Shown: positions 45,221 to 55,982 of the stretch, one piece after another
How the letters are laid out: the number at the start of each line of letters is the position of its first letter
How positions within the stretch are numbered: the stretch's first letter is position 1
NCBI GenBank assembly: GCA_963749495.1
Contig: CAVVMW010000021.1
Location: forward strand, 904,804-968,803
DNA from: an uncultured bacterium
Lineage (GTDB): Bacteria > Verrucomicrobiota > Verrucomicrobiia > Limisphaerales > UBA8199
Length of the DNA stretch: 64,000 nt
Direction of reading: 5' to 3'
The notes under the pieces: model-generated
What the model was told of the DNA's origin: nothing
Databases searched by the model: none
The model's input: the letters and a program-made list of their open reading frames with translations, nothing else
Translations under genes and position numbers: made by a program

Positions 45221-48200
45221 ATGAACTCGACAACTCGGTTGGGAATGTTTTGGAGAAGCGCAGGCCATCGCTGGCCGGCAGCTAAATCGAATGAACCAAG
45301 ATTAGGACAGCCTTCGTCGCCGCATTTGTCGAGACAGGCCCAATGCGACAAAAGTTGCGACGAAGGCTGCAACAAAGGTCCAAAGCCGGCGCAGGCGCCC
45401 CAAGGCCGGTTGCTTCGATTTCGGCGCAGGCGGCAGATGGTCGGGCTGGGCATAGCTCTCGCCCTGGCGCTGGCCGGCGGCGCGTCCGCCACGACCTACC
45501 GCGTGCTTATGAGCTTCAACGGGAGCGACGGGGCGAATCCGTGTGGCGGCCTGGCCCTGTTGGGCAACACGCTTTATGGGATCACGGCCCAAGGGGGCAC
45601 TTCGAGCAACGGCGTCATCTTCCGAGTGAACACGGACGGGACAAGCTATGTAGTGCTCAAGAGGTTTAACGGAAGCGATGGCAGGTACGCCCAGGGGGGC
45701 GTGGTGGTGGAGGCCAGCACGCTCTATGGGACGACGGCCGGTGGCGGAGACGGGAACAACGGCGTGGTCTTCAAGGTCAACGCCGATGGCTCGGGCTACG
45801 CGGTCCTCAAGAGCTTCACCGGCGGCGAGGATGGGGCCAATCCGTTTGCGGGCCTGGTCCTCGATGGCAGCACACTCTATGGGACGACGCAATATGGGGG
45901 AAATGGGGGAAGCCTCGGCTACGGCGTGGTCTTCAAGGTCAACACTGATGGCTCAGGCTACACGGTGCTCAAGAGTTTCACCGGGGGCGAGGATGGCGCC
46001 TATCCGTGTGCGGCTCTGGCCCTGTCAGGCGGCACGCTGTATGGGACAACCGACTCGGGCGGCGATTCACACGACGGGGTGGTCTTCAAGATGGACACGG
46101 ACGGATTGAACTACGCGGTGCTGAAGAGCTTCACGGGCGCTGATGGCGCGAGCCCCTGGGGCGGCCTGGTCCTGGCGGGTGGGACGCTATACGGGACGAC
46201 GAGCGCGGGCGGAAATCTGTCCGGCGCGCCCTTGTGGCAAAGCTACGGCGTGGTCTTTAGTGTAAAAACGGACGGAGCGGGCTACACGGTGCTCAGGGAC
46301 TTCGCCGGCCAGGACGGTGAGACACCGGACGGGCGCATGGTCTCTGAGGGCGGGACGCTTTACGGCACGACAAGGGTTGGCGGCAGCCTGTTTCAGGATC
46401 CGAATTACAAGCCTGGCGATGGGGTCGTCTTCCGGGTGAACGGAGATGGCTCCGGTTACGCCGTGCTTCATAGCTTCAAGGGAGCCGATGGCATGCTTCC
46501 TGCGGGGCAATTGCTCCTGGTCGGCACCATGCTCTATGGTACGACGTGCGCCGGCGGAGACTACGACTGCGGTGTTGTCTTCGGCTTGGATTCGGCGGTC
46601 GCGACGCCGCCCCTGCTCCTCACGGTCCCACAGGGCCAATCTATGGAGCAAGGGGGCACCGCGGTTTTCAGCGCCACGGTTGCCAATTTGGAACCGGTGG
46701 CCTATCAATGGCTTTTCAACGGCACCAATGCCCTTCCCGGCGCGACCAACTCCAGCTTGCAACTGGCCGGCCTCTCAACTGGCGCAAGCGGGCGCTTATG
46801 CCGTGGTCGTTACCAACGGTTACGGAGTGGTCACCAGTCCGCCGGCCCTGCTGGACGTGATACCGCTCGGCACGACCCCGGTGGCCAGCTGCACGCCGGG
46901 GGCCTTGCGGGCCGCGCTGGCGGGGCCGGGGCCGGTCACCTTCGCCTGCGACGGCACGATTACCCTGACCAACACGATTACGATCGCGACCAATACCGTC
47001 GTGGACGGCGCCGGGCGGCACGTGACGATCAGCGGGGGCAACGCCGCCGGTGTGTTCCACGTTAACACCAACGTCACCCTCAGCGTAGCCAATCTGACTC
47101 TCGCCAACGGCCTGAGCACCAACGGCGGCGGCGCCATCCTCAACGACGGCGGAACGGTGGACCTGCTGAACACCGTCGTGCAGTCGAACAACGCGGCCAT
47201 TGACGGGACCTGGCCTAATCCGGTGGCTGAAGGCGGCGGCGTGCTCAACGGGGGCGGCAGACTCAACGCGACCAATTGCAGCTTTTGCGGCAACGCCGCC
47301 ACGGGTGCCGGGAATGGCGGCTTGGCCCGGGGCGGGGCGCTCGCCAACGAGGGTGGCTTGGTCAACCTGGAAAGCTGCCTCTTTGCCGGCAATGGCTCGG
47401 CTTTCACAAATCTGGTCGCTAGCGCAGGGGATGTGGAAGAGGCGTGCGGCGGCGCGATTCACAACGCCGGGACGCTCAACGTCAGCCGCTGCACCTTCCA
47501 GCAGAACTCGGCCTTTGGCGTTCCCGGCAATGGGGGCGCGGTCTGCAACCTCGGCGTGCTGGCCCTGAGCGGCAGCAGCCTTGTGAGCAACACCGCCGCC
47601 GGCCCGCCCGGCGCTTCGGGAGGCGTGGTGTACAATATTCCGTTTATCCCGAACGGCGAGCCTGGCGGCGACGGCAATGGCGGCGGGCTGTTCAACGCCG
47701 GCGTTGCCCGGCTGGCCGATAGCATCTTTGTGGGGAACCAGGGCGTCGGAGGCGCCGGGGGCGATCACGGGTACGTTTATGACGTGGAAACAGGCACGAT
47801 AAGGGAGGCAGGGGACTGCGGTGGCGGCGGCAATGGGTTCGGCGCCATTTGCGATATCGGCGCTGTCTGTTACCTGACCAATTGCACGCTGCTCGACAAC
47901 GTTGGCGTCGGCGGCCAGGTACTGCGCTGAGAGCTCGTCAGGTGCCCCCGGCGCCCAGGCCGGCGGCATCCGCAGCATCAGCGCCATCCTGGTGAACACG
48001 GTCGTGAGCGGCAATCCGGGCGGCGATGTGTATTGGGCCGCTTCGCAGGACGCGCACGGGGCGTGCAAGTTCTTCACCCTCTACAACTTTGGCGGCCCCG
48101 GCTGCCCACAGAACCAATTGCCTCTGGCGCCGCCAACCGTTGGCCCGGATGGAACGCTCTACGGCACGACGTTGGGTGCCAGCTTCGCGCTCAGCACCAA

Positions 48201-49756
48201 CGGGACCGCAAGCAGCTATCGAGCGCTTGCGAGCGGCAACGCTCGCCGTACCGGCTTGGCATTGTCAGGCACGACCCTATACGGAACGGACGCCGGCGAA
48301 GTGTTCAAGCTCAATACCGACGGCACCGGCGTCACCAAGCTCCTGGCCCTTACGAATGCCTCGGACCTGGTGCTCTCCGGCACGACGCTGTACGGGACCA
48401 CGTTCCGGCGGAGGCAACAGCGGGGGCGGCACGTTGTTTCGCCTTCAGACGGACGGCACAGGCTACCAGGTGCTCCACTCGTTTGGCGACTCACCCGATG
48501 ATGGCAAATGGCCTGAGGCGGGCCTGCTGTTGTCTGGCGATACGCTGTACGGCACGACGAGCTATGGCGGGCTTGGCGGCGGCACTGTCTTCAAGATCAA
48601 CACGGACGGCACCGGCTACGCCATCCTCAAGTCCTTCTCGTTCTACGATGATTCCAGTCCACGGACGAGGCTGGTATTGTCTGGCACGACCCTCTACGGG
48701 ACAACGCTTCTAAGGCCAGGCGCGGAGCCATGGGACCCCGACGGTCCTCCCGTGATATTCAAGATCAACACCGACGGCAGCGGCTACGCTGTGCTCAAGC
48801 AGCTTGGGGCCGACTTTATGCGGCAAGAGGTGGCGTTGGCGTCGGACTCTTCGACGCTGTTTGGGACCTCGATCGCCAGCGGTCTTTACGGCCAGGGCTC
48901 GGTGTTCCGGATCAATACCGACGGCAGCGGCTACGCCGTGCTCTGGAACTTCAGCGGCCCCGATGGCTCCGGCCCTAACGCGGTCGTCTTGTCCGGCTCG
49001 ACGCTTTACGGGACGGCGAACGCCGGCGGCTTTTACGATGGCGGCGTGGTGTTCAGCCTGGCGCTCCCGCCACCCCCGGCCATCACCATCGGCCTCCAGG
49101 AGCAAACCGCCGAGGTGGGCGGCGACGTGCAGTTCCGCGTAACGGCCGACGGCGCCGGCCCGATGACCTATCAATGGTTTCTCAACGGCACCAACGCGCT
49201 CGCCGCCAGCGGGTCCCTCCTCGAGTTGACCAACGTCCAGCCGTCGCAAGCGGGCACCTATAGTGTGGTGGTCAGCAACGCCATCGGGGTGGTCACCGGT
49301 TCCGCGGCGCAACTGAGCGTCATTGCCCCAGTTCGGAGAGCGCCCGCCGCCGGCCTCACGCTGCTCGGCCAGCCCGGGCTCACGTTGAACGTGGATTATA
49401 CGGAGGCGCTTGGTGCACCGCCGCAGTGGGGGAGTTGGACGAATGTGACGTTGGGAGGCCCTTCGCAACTGAGCCTCGACTTCGATGCTCCCCTGGCGCC
49501 ACAACGTTTCTACCGCGGCTGGCACACGAACGCGGCAGCCCCACCCCCAAGCCTGAGCCTAGAAGCGGGCACCGTCATCACATTGACCGGAGCCATTGGC
49601 GGCTCAGTGCGGCTCGACTGGATCAATCAGTTCGGCCCCACCGACGCCTGGGCACCCTTGGCCACACTGACTTTGACCAACACGTCACAGCTTTACTTCG
49701 ACGCCACCGGCAGCTTCCACGCCCCGCGCCTCTACCGGCTTGTCCCGGTGCCGTAA
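45221..49756 (+). CDS. Array gene 3: Gloeo_Verruco repeats + Ig + beta-helix + second Gloeo_Verruco block + Ig + tandem RFYR/LYR tail; frameshifts at ~46780, ~47915 and ~48405
   Basis: Pieced from ORFs 45182-47065, 46446-47930, 47902-48501 and 48026-49756; ends RLYRLVPVP. Confidence 0.8.
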
Positions 49757-49764
49757 TGCGAACT

Positions 49765-51543
49765 ATGAAACAAACCCTTGCAGGTCTTTTGGGCTCCATT
49801 CTCTTGACGGCGCCGGCAACCGCAGCGGCTCAGGGGAGCCAGGGCGATTATAGCTACACCACCCAGCCCCAGATCACTCCACCGTACGGGACGGTCACCA
49901 TCACCAGCTACACCGGTCCCGGAGGCGCGGTGACCATCCCGGGCACCATCAACGACATGCCCGTCGTCGTCATCAATGGTGGCGCGTTTTACTACCGCGC
50001 CAACATCACCAGCATTGTCATACCGGACAGCGTTACTGCCGTCTCGGAGACGGGTTTCATGGGCTGCATGGGCATGACGAGCATCGTGACCGGCAATGGT
50101 CTGAGGACGGTCTGTAATGAGTTCTGCCAAGGGTGCAGCAGCCTGGCCAGTGTGACGTTAGGCGCCCACGTGGGCCGCCTCGGGGGATGGGCGTTCGCCG
50201 ACTGCACCAGCCTCACCGACTTCGGGGTTTCATGCAGCGTCACCAGCATTGGGCCCAGCGCATTCCAGGGCTGCACGCGCCTGGCGAGCATCACCATCCC
50301 CGCCGGCGTTAGCTCCATTGAGCTGGGCGCATTCGCCGGCTGTGCCAGCCTGGCTTCCGTGGTGCTTCCGAACAGCCTGCCCAGCATCGAGGAGAGCCTG
50401 TTTGAGGGCTGCGCCAGTCTGACCAACATCGTGATTCCCAGCGGTGTTGGGTCCATCGGGCCTGCCGCATTTGACGGCTGCTCGGGCCTGCTCACGGTGA
50501 CAATCCCGGGCGGCGTCACCAACATCGCTGGCGACGCGTTTTCCGGCTGCACCGGCCTGTTGGCGTTCAGCGTGGACGGCGCCAATGCCTGTTACAGCAG
50601 CGTGGACGGACTCCTGTTCAACAAGAGCCAGACGGTGCTGCTTCAGTTTCCGCCTGGCAGAGGCGGGGACTATTGGATCCCGAACGGCGTCACCAGCATC
50701 GCGGACGCGGCGTTCGCGCAGGCCTGGTCGCTCACCAACGTGATGATCCCCGCCAGCGTCACCAACATCGCCGACGGGGCGTTTGCGGGCTGTCCGAACC
50801 TGGTTGCCATAAATGTAGATGCGGCCAATCAGGCCTACAGCACCGTGGACGGAATCCTGCTCGACAAGAGCCACACCTACTTGCTCCAATGCCCCAGCAC
50901 CAAAGGCGGAAGCTGGATCATCCCCAGCGGCGTCACCAATTTCGCCGAGGCCGCCTTTCAAGGCTGCAGCAACCTGACGAGCGTCACGATTCCCGGTTCG
51001 GTCAGTTACATTCCCGCTCAGGCGTTCAGCGGCTGCACGGGCCTGACCAACGTCACGATCCTCGATGGGGTGCATGTTCTCCGCACGGCGCTCTTTGAAT
51101 ATTGCTCCGGCCTGACCAACCTCACGCTGCCGGCCAGCGTGGACGGACTGGGAACCCGGGTTTTCGGCGATTGCTCCAACCTGGTCAGCGTTTTTTTCCA
51201 GGGCAATGCCCCGCCCGGCGCTGATTTTATGACGTTCTACGGCGCCTACAATGTCACCCTCTATTACCTGCCGGGCGCCACCGGCTGGACCACGCCATTT
51301 TGGTTTCGCCCGGCCGTGCTGTGGAACCCGTCAATCCAGGCCCCCGCCGTGCAGGCCAATGGGTTCGGTTTCGACATAAGCGGGACAACCAACATCCCTA
51401 TCGTGGTCCAAGCCGCTACAAATCTGTCCGGCGGCACCTGGAGTCCTGTGGAGAGCGCCACTCTCACGAACGGCCTGCTCCACTTCACCGACCGTAGCTG
51501 GACGAATTATCCGAGCCGCTTTTACCGCATCTCCTCGCCTTAG
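49765..51543 (+). CDS. Array gene 4: BspA-type leucine-rich repeat (LRR_5) protein with RFYR tail
   Basis: Signal MKQTLAGLLGSILLTAPATAAA; VTIPxxVTxIxxxAFxGCxxL repeats; ends SRFYRISSP. Confidence 0.92.
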   Translation: MKQTLAGLLGSILLTAPATAAAQGSQGDYSYTTQPQITPPYGTVTITSYTGPGGAVTIPGTINDMPVVVINGGAFYYRANITSIVIPDSVTAVSETGFMGCMGMTSIVTGNGLRTVCNEFCQGCSSLASVTLGAHVGRLGGWAFADCTSLTDFGVSCSVTSIGPSAFQGCTRLASITIPAGVSSIELGAFAGCASLASVVLPNSLPSIEESLFEGCASLTNIVIPSGVGSIGPAAFDGCSGLLTVTIPGGVTNIAGDAFSGCTGLLAFSVDGANACYSSVDGLLFNKSQTVLLQFPPGRGGDYWIPNGVTSIADAAFAQAWSLTNVMIPASVTNIADGAFAGCPNLVAINVDAANQAYSTVDGILLDKSHTYLLQCPSTKGGSWIIPSGVTNFAEAAFQGCSNLTSVTIPGSVSYIPAQAFSGCTGLTNVTILDGVHVLRTALFEYCSGLTNLTLPASVDGLGTRVFGDCSNLVSVFFQGNAPPGADFMTFYGAYNVTLYYLPGATGWTTPFWFRPAVLWNPSIQAPAVQANGFGFDISGTTNIPIVVQAATNLSGGTWSPVESATLTNGLLHFTDRSWTNYPSRFYRISSP

Positions 51544-51585
51544 AGCGAGGCACAATCCATAGTTCTCTGCAAAATCCAGGAGGGT

Positions 51586-54500
51586 ATGAACACACGACCT
51601 TTGAACCAACGGTTCGGATTCGGAAAAGGCATGACCGGCGGGAGATTCCGCCCGCTCGGCTACAGACACATCGCGCCCGGCCTTGCGGCGATGCTGCTCG
51701 TCTGGCCCGGGGCGCCGCCGGGAGCCTGGGCGGCACAGCGCCTGCCTGGGAGCTTGGTCAGTTGGGGGGATCAAGTGATCCCGCTGGTGCCCCCGGGCAC
51801 TATCTTCAAGGGGATTGCTGGAGGGACCGACCATAGCCTGGCGCTCAGGCAGGACGGAACGGTCTATGCCTGGGGCGCTTCTGGCTCGGCGACAACGGTG
51901 CCTGAGGGCTTGACCGGGGTCATTGCCATCGCGGCAGGGTATGGGTTTAACCTGGCCCTAAAGCAGAACGGGACGGTGGTGGCCTGGGGCAGTCCTAACA
52001 ATAACTACGGCTTCGGGGGGACCAATGTGCCGAGCGGTCTGAGCAATGTCATCGCTATCGCGGCGGGAGATTCTCACAGTCTGGCACTGAAGAACGACGG
52101 GAGAGTCGCGGCCTGGGGCTACTGGTCTGAGCCGAACCTGCCTTCGCCAGTGGCGGTACCCAGCGGCCTGACCGGGGTGGTCGCCATAGCGGCGGGAGGA
52201 GCCCAGAGCCTGGCGCTCAAGCAGGACGGGACGGTGGTGGCCTGGGGCGCCACCCAGGACGGGCCGGGGACGATGTATTCTTCGGCCATGTACCCGGCGA
52301 CGGTGCCTGATGGCCTGAGCAACGTGGTGGCCATCGCGGCGGGAGGGGAGGCCGCTCTGGCACTGAGGCAAGACGGGACCGTGGCCATGTGGGACCATCA
52401 GAGCTACACGCCGTCGGTGGCCCAGGGTGCGGTGGCCATCGCTGCGGGAGCTTACCACGGATTGGCGTTAGTGAACGGACAGGTTCTGGGTTGGGGGACG
52501 GGGAGCCACTCCTACGATTACGACTACGGGCAGGCGGCTCAGCCTATGGTCGGGGACAACCGGGTCATTGCCATTGCAGCCGGGGCCTATCACAGCCTGG
52601 CGCTCAAGCAGGACGGGACGATTGTCGCCTGGGGCAGCAGCCCCTCTGGCCAAGGGACGACGCCGGGGCTCGGCGGGTTGGTCGCGATCGCCACGGAAGG
52701 CACGCACACTCTGGCACTCAAGCAAGACGGGACCACGATCGAGTGGGGAGGTCCCCAACACCAAGGGAATCCTTGGCTCAGCGGGGTGACCGCAATCGCC
52801 GTTGGCCAAGCCCACAGCTTGGCGCTCAAGCAGGAGGGCACGGTCGCGGAGTGGGGCGACTTGTTCTTTAAGGACGTTCAAGGTAACTGGCACGTGGTTG
52901 GCCCGCCCGACGGTCTGAGCAATGTGGTTGCCATCGCGGCCGGCGGGAACTGGAGCCTGGCGCTCAAGCAGGACGGAACGGTCGCGGCCTGGGGACACGA
53001 TTCTAATTGGCCTTTCACGTACCCAAGCTATTGGACCGGGGTCGTCGCCATCGCCGCGAGCGGGGATCACTGGCTGGCGCTGAAGCAGGACGCGTCGGTC
53101 GTGGGGTGTTACGCAACCGCTGGCGCGGAGCAACCGCCGGCGGGTCTGACCGGGGTGGTAGGCATCGCGGCTGGGGCCTACCACAGCTTGGCGCTCAAGC
53201 AGGACGGCACCGTTGTGGCCTGGGGCGCCGGCCAGACCATACAACCCGGGACTGACAACCAAGGACAGTCAATTGTGCCGGCCGGCCTAGGCGGGGTCAT
53301 CGCCATCGCGGCGGGCGGGGACCAGAGCCTGGCGCTCAAGCAGGACGCGACCCTGGTCGCCTGGGGCGCCAACGATTCGGGGCAATCAACGGTGCCTGGA
53401 GGACTGCCCTGGGTCCTTGCCGCCGCCGCCTCATGGAGCCATACCGTGGCGCTGGTCGACTTCATCCCGCCGGCGCCGGTGGTCAGTGTGGCGCCGCAGA
53501 CGCAAACAGCCAGGGTGGGGACGACGGTGGGCTTCTCTGTCCAAGCCGACGGCCCGCCGCCGCTCAGCTACCAATGGTACTTCGGTGGCACCAATGGGTA
53601 CTTCGGTGGGGCCAACGCCCTGGGCGGCGCTACTAATGCCGCCCTGAATTTCACAAGTGTGGGGTTGTCCCAGTCTGGACCCTACTGGGTGGTCGTCACG
53701 AACCTCTTCGGGGCGGTGACGAGCCCCGGGGCCGTGCTGACGGTGCTGGCGCCGCCGAGCCTGGTCGCCGGGCCGACAAACCTCGTTGCCATGCCGGGCA
53801 CGCTGGTCAATTTCTCCGTGGAAGTTGCCAGCGCCACGCCGCTTTCCTACCAGTGGTTCTTCAACGGCACCAACCTGTTGGCCAGCGCCAACAACTCGGT
53901 GCTGGAACTTCTCGACGTCCAAATTGGACAGTCCGGGACCTATGAAGTGGTGGCGGCCAACGCGGTCGGGTCCGTGACCAGCGCGCCGGCTCTCCTCACG
54001 GTGATGGCGCCGCCGAGCCTGGTCACAGTGCCGACCAACCTCACGGTCAACCTGGGCACTAGCCCTGAGTTTGCCGCGGCGGCGGTCGGCGCCACACCGG
54101 CTTACCAGTGGTTTTTCAACGGGACCAATTTGCTGGCGGGCGCAACGAACGCGGTGCTGGATCTGGTCAACGTCCCATTGTCTCAGGCCGGCCTGTATTG
54201 TGTGGTGGTGAGCAATCCGTTCGGGGCGGTGACGAGTTCGGCGGCAATGCTGACCGTGTTGACGCCGGCCGTGACGGAGAATACCGAGGCGGCGCTGCGG
54301 CAGGCGCTGGCGGGCGGAGGCGTGGTCTCGTTCGCCTGCAACGGTACGATCACGCTGACCAACCAGATTATGATCACCAACGATACCGTGCTCGACGGCA
54401 CGGGGCACGAAATCACCCTGGCGTGTGTCCAGCCCCCCAGCCCCTCTGGCGGCACCACCCGCGCGTTCTTTGTCAGCTCGAACGTCACCTTTACCGCCAT

Positions 54501-55947
54501 GCATCTCACCGTCTCCAACGGCTGCGCCCAGGCGGCGCCCCCGGACGATTTTCCCGGCGATTCTCCCATGGTGGGCGGCGCCATCCTCAACGACGGCGTC
54601 CTGAACTTGTGCGAAGTCTTGTTCCTGAACAACGCGGCCAGCTACGGCGGCGGGGCCATCGCTAACCTTCAGGGCGGGGCGGTGCATGCCACCAACTGCA
54701 CGTTTGCCGCGAATGACACGGCGCGCTACGGCGGGGCGATTTTTGATGAAGGCGGTCAAGTGAGCCTTCAAACGTGTATGTTCCAGGGCAACGGCGCCTA
54801 CGCCCCTTCCACTGATGCCCCGCTCGACGCGTATGGCGGCGCCATCCACAGCGAGGGCAGCTTGATCGTCAGCGGCTGCACGTTCTCCAACAATGCCGCG
54901 CGGGGCAATGAAGGCTTTACGCTTTGGCAGGCGCCTGGAGCCTCTGGCGGTCCCGGTGGCTCGGCCTTCGGGGGCGCCATTTCCAGCCTGGGCAGCCTTT
55001 GCCTGTTGAGCAGTGCTATTGTCAGCAACAGCGCTGCCGGTGGCGGCGGCGGCCGTGGCAACAGCGGCGCCGCCGGAGGCCAGTTCGGGGGGATTGGCAG
55101 CGGGAGCGGCGGCAACGGCGGCGACGGCCTTGGCGGCGGGCTCTTCAACGGCGGAACCGCCAGCGCCGTCAACTGCACGCTTTTCGCAAACATCGGCGCC
55201 GCGGGTGGCGGCGGACAGGGAGGGGCGGCTTGGACCGGGGTCTATACCGACCCTTTCGGGCATATTTACCAGGTGGGCGGCCCGGCCGGAGCCAACGGCG
55301 CCGCCGGCTCGGCCGTGGCCTGCTTGTGCTCGACGAATGCCGGGCTCAGCCTGACCAATTGCACGCTCGCCTTCAATACGGCGTCGAGCGGCAATGCGGT
55401 CGGCGGCGTGTCGGCAACCGGGGCCTTCATGGTCAACACGCTGCTCGTCGCCAACTCTCCCGTGGCCTGTGCCTCCGGTGCCATTGTTGATGGGGGCCAC
55501 AACCTCAACTCCGACGCTTCCTGTGCCTTTACCGATCCCACCAGCTTGAGCAATACCGACCCTCTGCTCGGCCCCTTGGCCGACAACGGCGGCCCGACCC
55601 TCACGATGGCGCTTCTCCCCGGCAGTCCCGCCATCGGCGCGGCGGACGGCACCTCCGCCCCGCCCACCGATCAGCGCGGCTTCCCGCGGCCAGCCGACTC
55701 TGCCGACATCGGCGCTTACCAGTTCACGATGTCGCTCGTTCTCAAAGCCGCCGAATCTCCCGGCGGCGGCATAGACCTCTCCCTCACTGGCAACCCCGGC
55801 CAGACCTTTCGATTGCTGGCCGGCCCGGACCTGGTGAACTGGACAGCCATCGCCACGAATTCCTTCGACCCGAGCGGCGTCTTTGTCTTCCATGACGCGG
55901 CCGGGGCGGGCCAAACGCAGAGGTTTTATCGCGCCGTGATGCCTTGA
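51586..55947 (+). CDS. Array gene 5: double RCC1 propeller + 3 Ig + beta-helix/choice-of-anchor Q + RFYR tail (1453 aa, intact)
   Basis: Paralog of gene 1 with the same leader and C-terminal block; about twice as many RCC1 repeats. Confidence 0.92.
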   Translation: MNTRPLNQRFGFGKGMTGGRFRPLGYRHIAPGLAAMLLVWPGAPPGAWAAQRLPGSLVSWGDQVIPLVPPGTIFKGIAGGTDHSLALRQDGTVYAWGASGSATTVPEGLTGVIAIAAGYGFNLALKQNGTVVAWGSPNNNYGFGGTNVPSGLSNVIAIAAGDSHSLALKNDGRVAAWGYWSEPNLPSPVAVPSGLTGVVAIAAGGAQSLALKQDGTVVAWGATQDGPGTMYSSAMYPATVPDGLSNVVAIAAGGEAALALRQDGTVAMWDHQSYTPSVAQGAVAIAAGAYHGLALVNGQVLGWGTGSHSYDYDYGQAAQPMVGDNRVIAIAAGAYHSLALKQDGTIVAWGSSPSGQGTTPGLGGLVAIATEGTHTLALKQDGTTIEWGGPQHQGNPWLSGVTAIAVGQAHSLALKQEGTVAEWGDLFFKDVQGNWHVVGPPDGLSNVVAIAAGGNWSLALKQDGTVAAWGHDSNWPFTYPSYWTGVVAIAASGDHWLALKQDASVVGCYATAGAEQPPAGLTGVVGIAAGAYHSLALKQDGTVVAWGAGQTIQPGTDNQGQSIVPAGLGGVIAIAAGGDQSLALKQDATLVAWGANDSGQSTVPGGLPWVLAAAASWSHTVALVDFIPPAPVVSVAPQTQTARVGTTVGFSVQADGPPPLSYQWYFGGTNGYFGGANALGGATNAALNFTSVGLSQSGPYWVVVTNLFGAVTSPGAVLTVLAPPSLVAGPTNLVAMPGTLVNFSVEVASATPLSYQWFFNGTNLLASANNSVLELLDVQIGQSGTYEVVAANAVGSVTSAPALLTVMAPPSLVTVPTNLTVNLGTSPEFAAAAVGATPAYQWFFNGTNLLAGATNAVLDLVNVPLSQAGLYCVVVSNPFGAVTSSAAMLTVLTPAVTENTEAALRQALAGGGVVSFACNGTITLTNQIMITNDTVLDGTGHEITLACVQPPSPSGGTTRAFFVSSNVTFTAMHLTVSNGCAQAAPPDDFPGDSPMVGGAILNDGVLNLCEVLFLNNAASYGGGAIANLQGGAVHATNCTFAANDTARYGGAIFDEGGQVSLQTCMFQGNGAYAPSTDAPLDAYGGAIHSEGSLIVSGCTFSNNAARGNEGFTLWQAPGASGGPGGSAFGGAISSLGSLCLLSSAIVSNSAAGGGGGRGNSGAAGGQFGGIGSGSGGNGGDGLGGGLFNGGTASAVNCTLFANIGAAGGGGQGGAAWTGVYTDPFGHIYQVGGPAGANGAAGSAVACLCSTNAGLSLTNCTLAFNTASSGNAVGGVSATGAFMVNTLLVANSPVACASGAIVDGGHNLNSDASCAFTDPTSLSNTDPLLGPLADNGGPTLTMALLPGSPAIGAADGTSAPPTDQRGFPRPADSADIGAYQFTMSLVLKAAESPGGGIDLSLTGNPGQTFRLLAGPDLVNWTAIATNSFDPSGVFVFHDAAGAGQTQRFYRAVMP

Positions 55948-55982
55948 AAGGCTGTTCACGGCCATCCGGCACTAATCAGCTT

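Noticed and set aside
53578..53619. 21-bp tandem duplication (YFGGTNG/YFGGANA) in an Ig domain of gene 5
   Set aside because: Real but a simple in-frame slippage event with no evidence of function.
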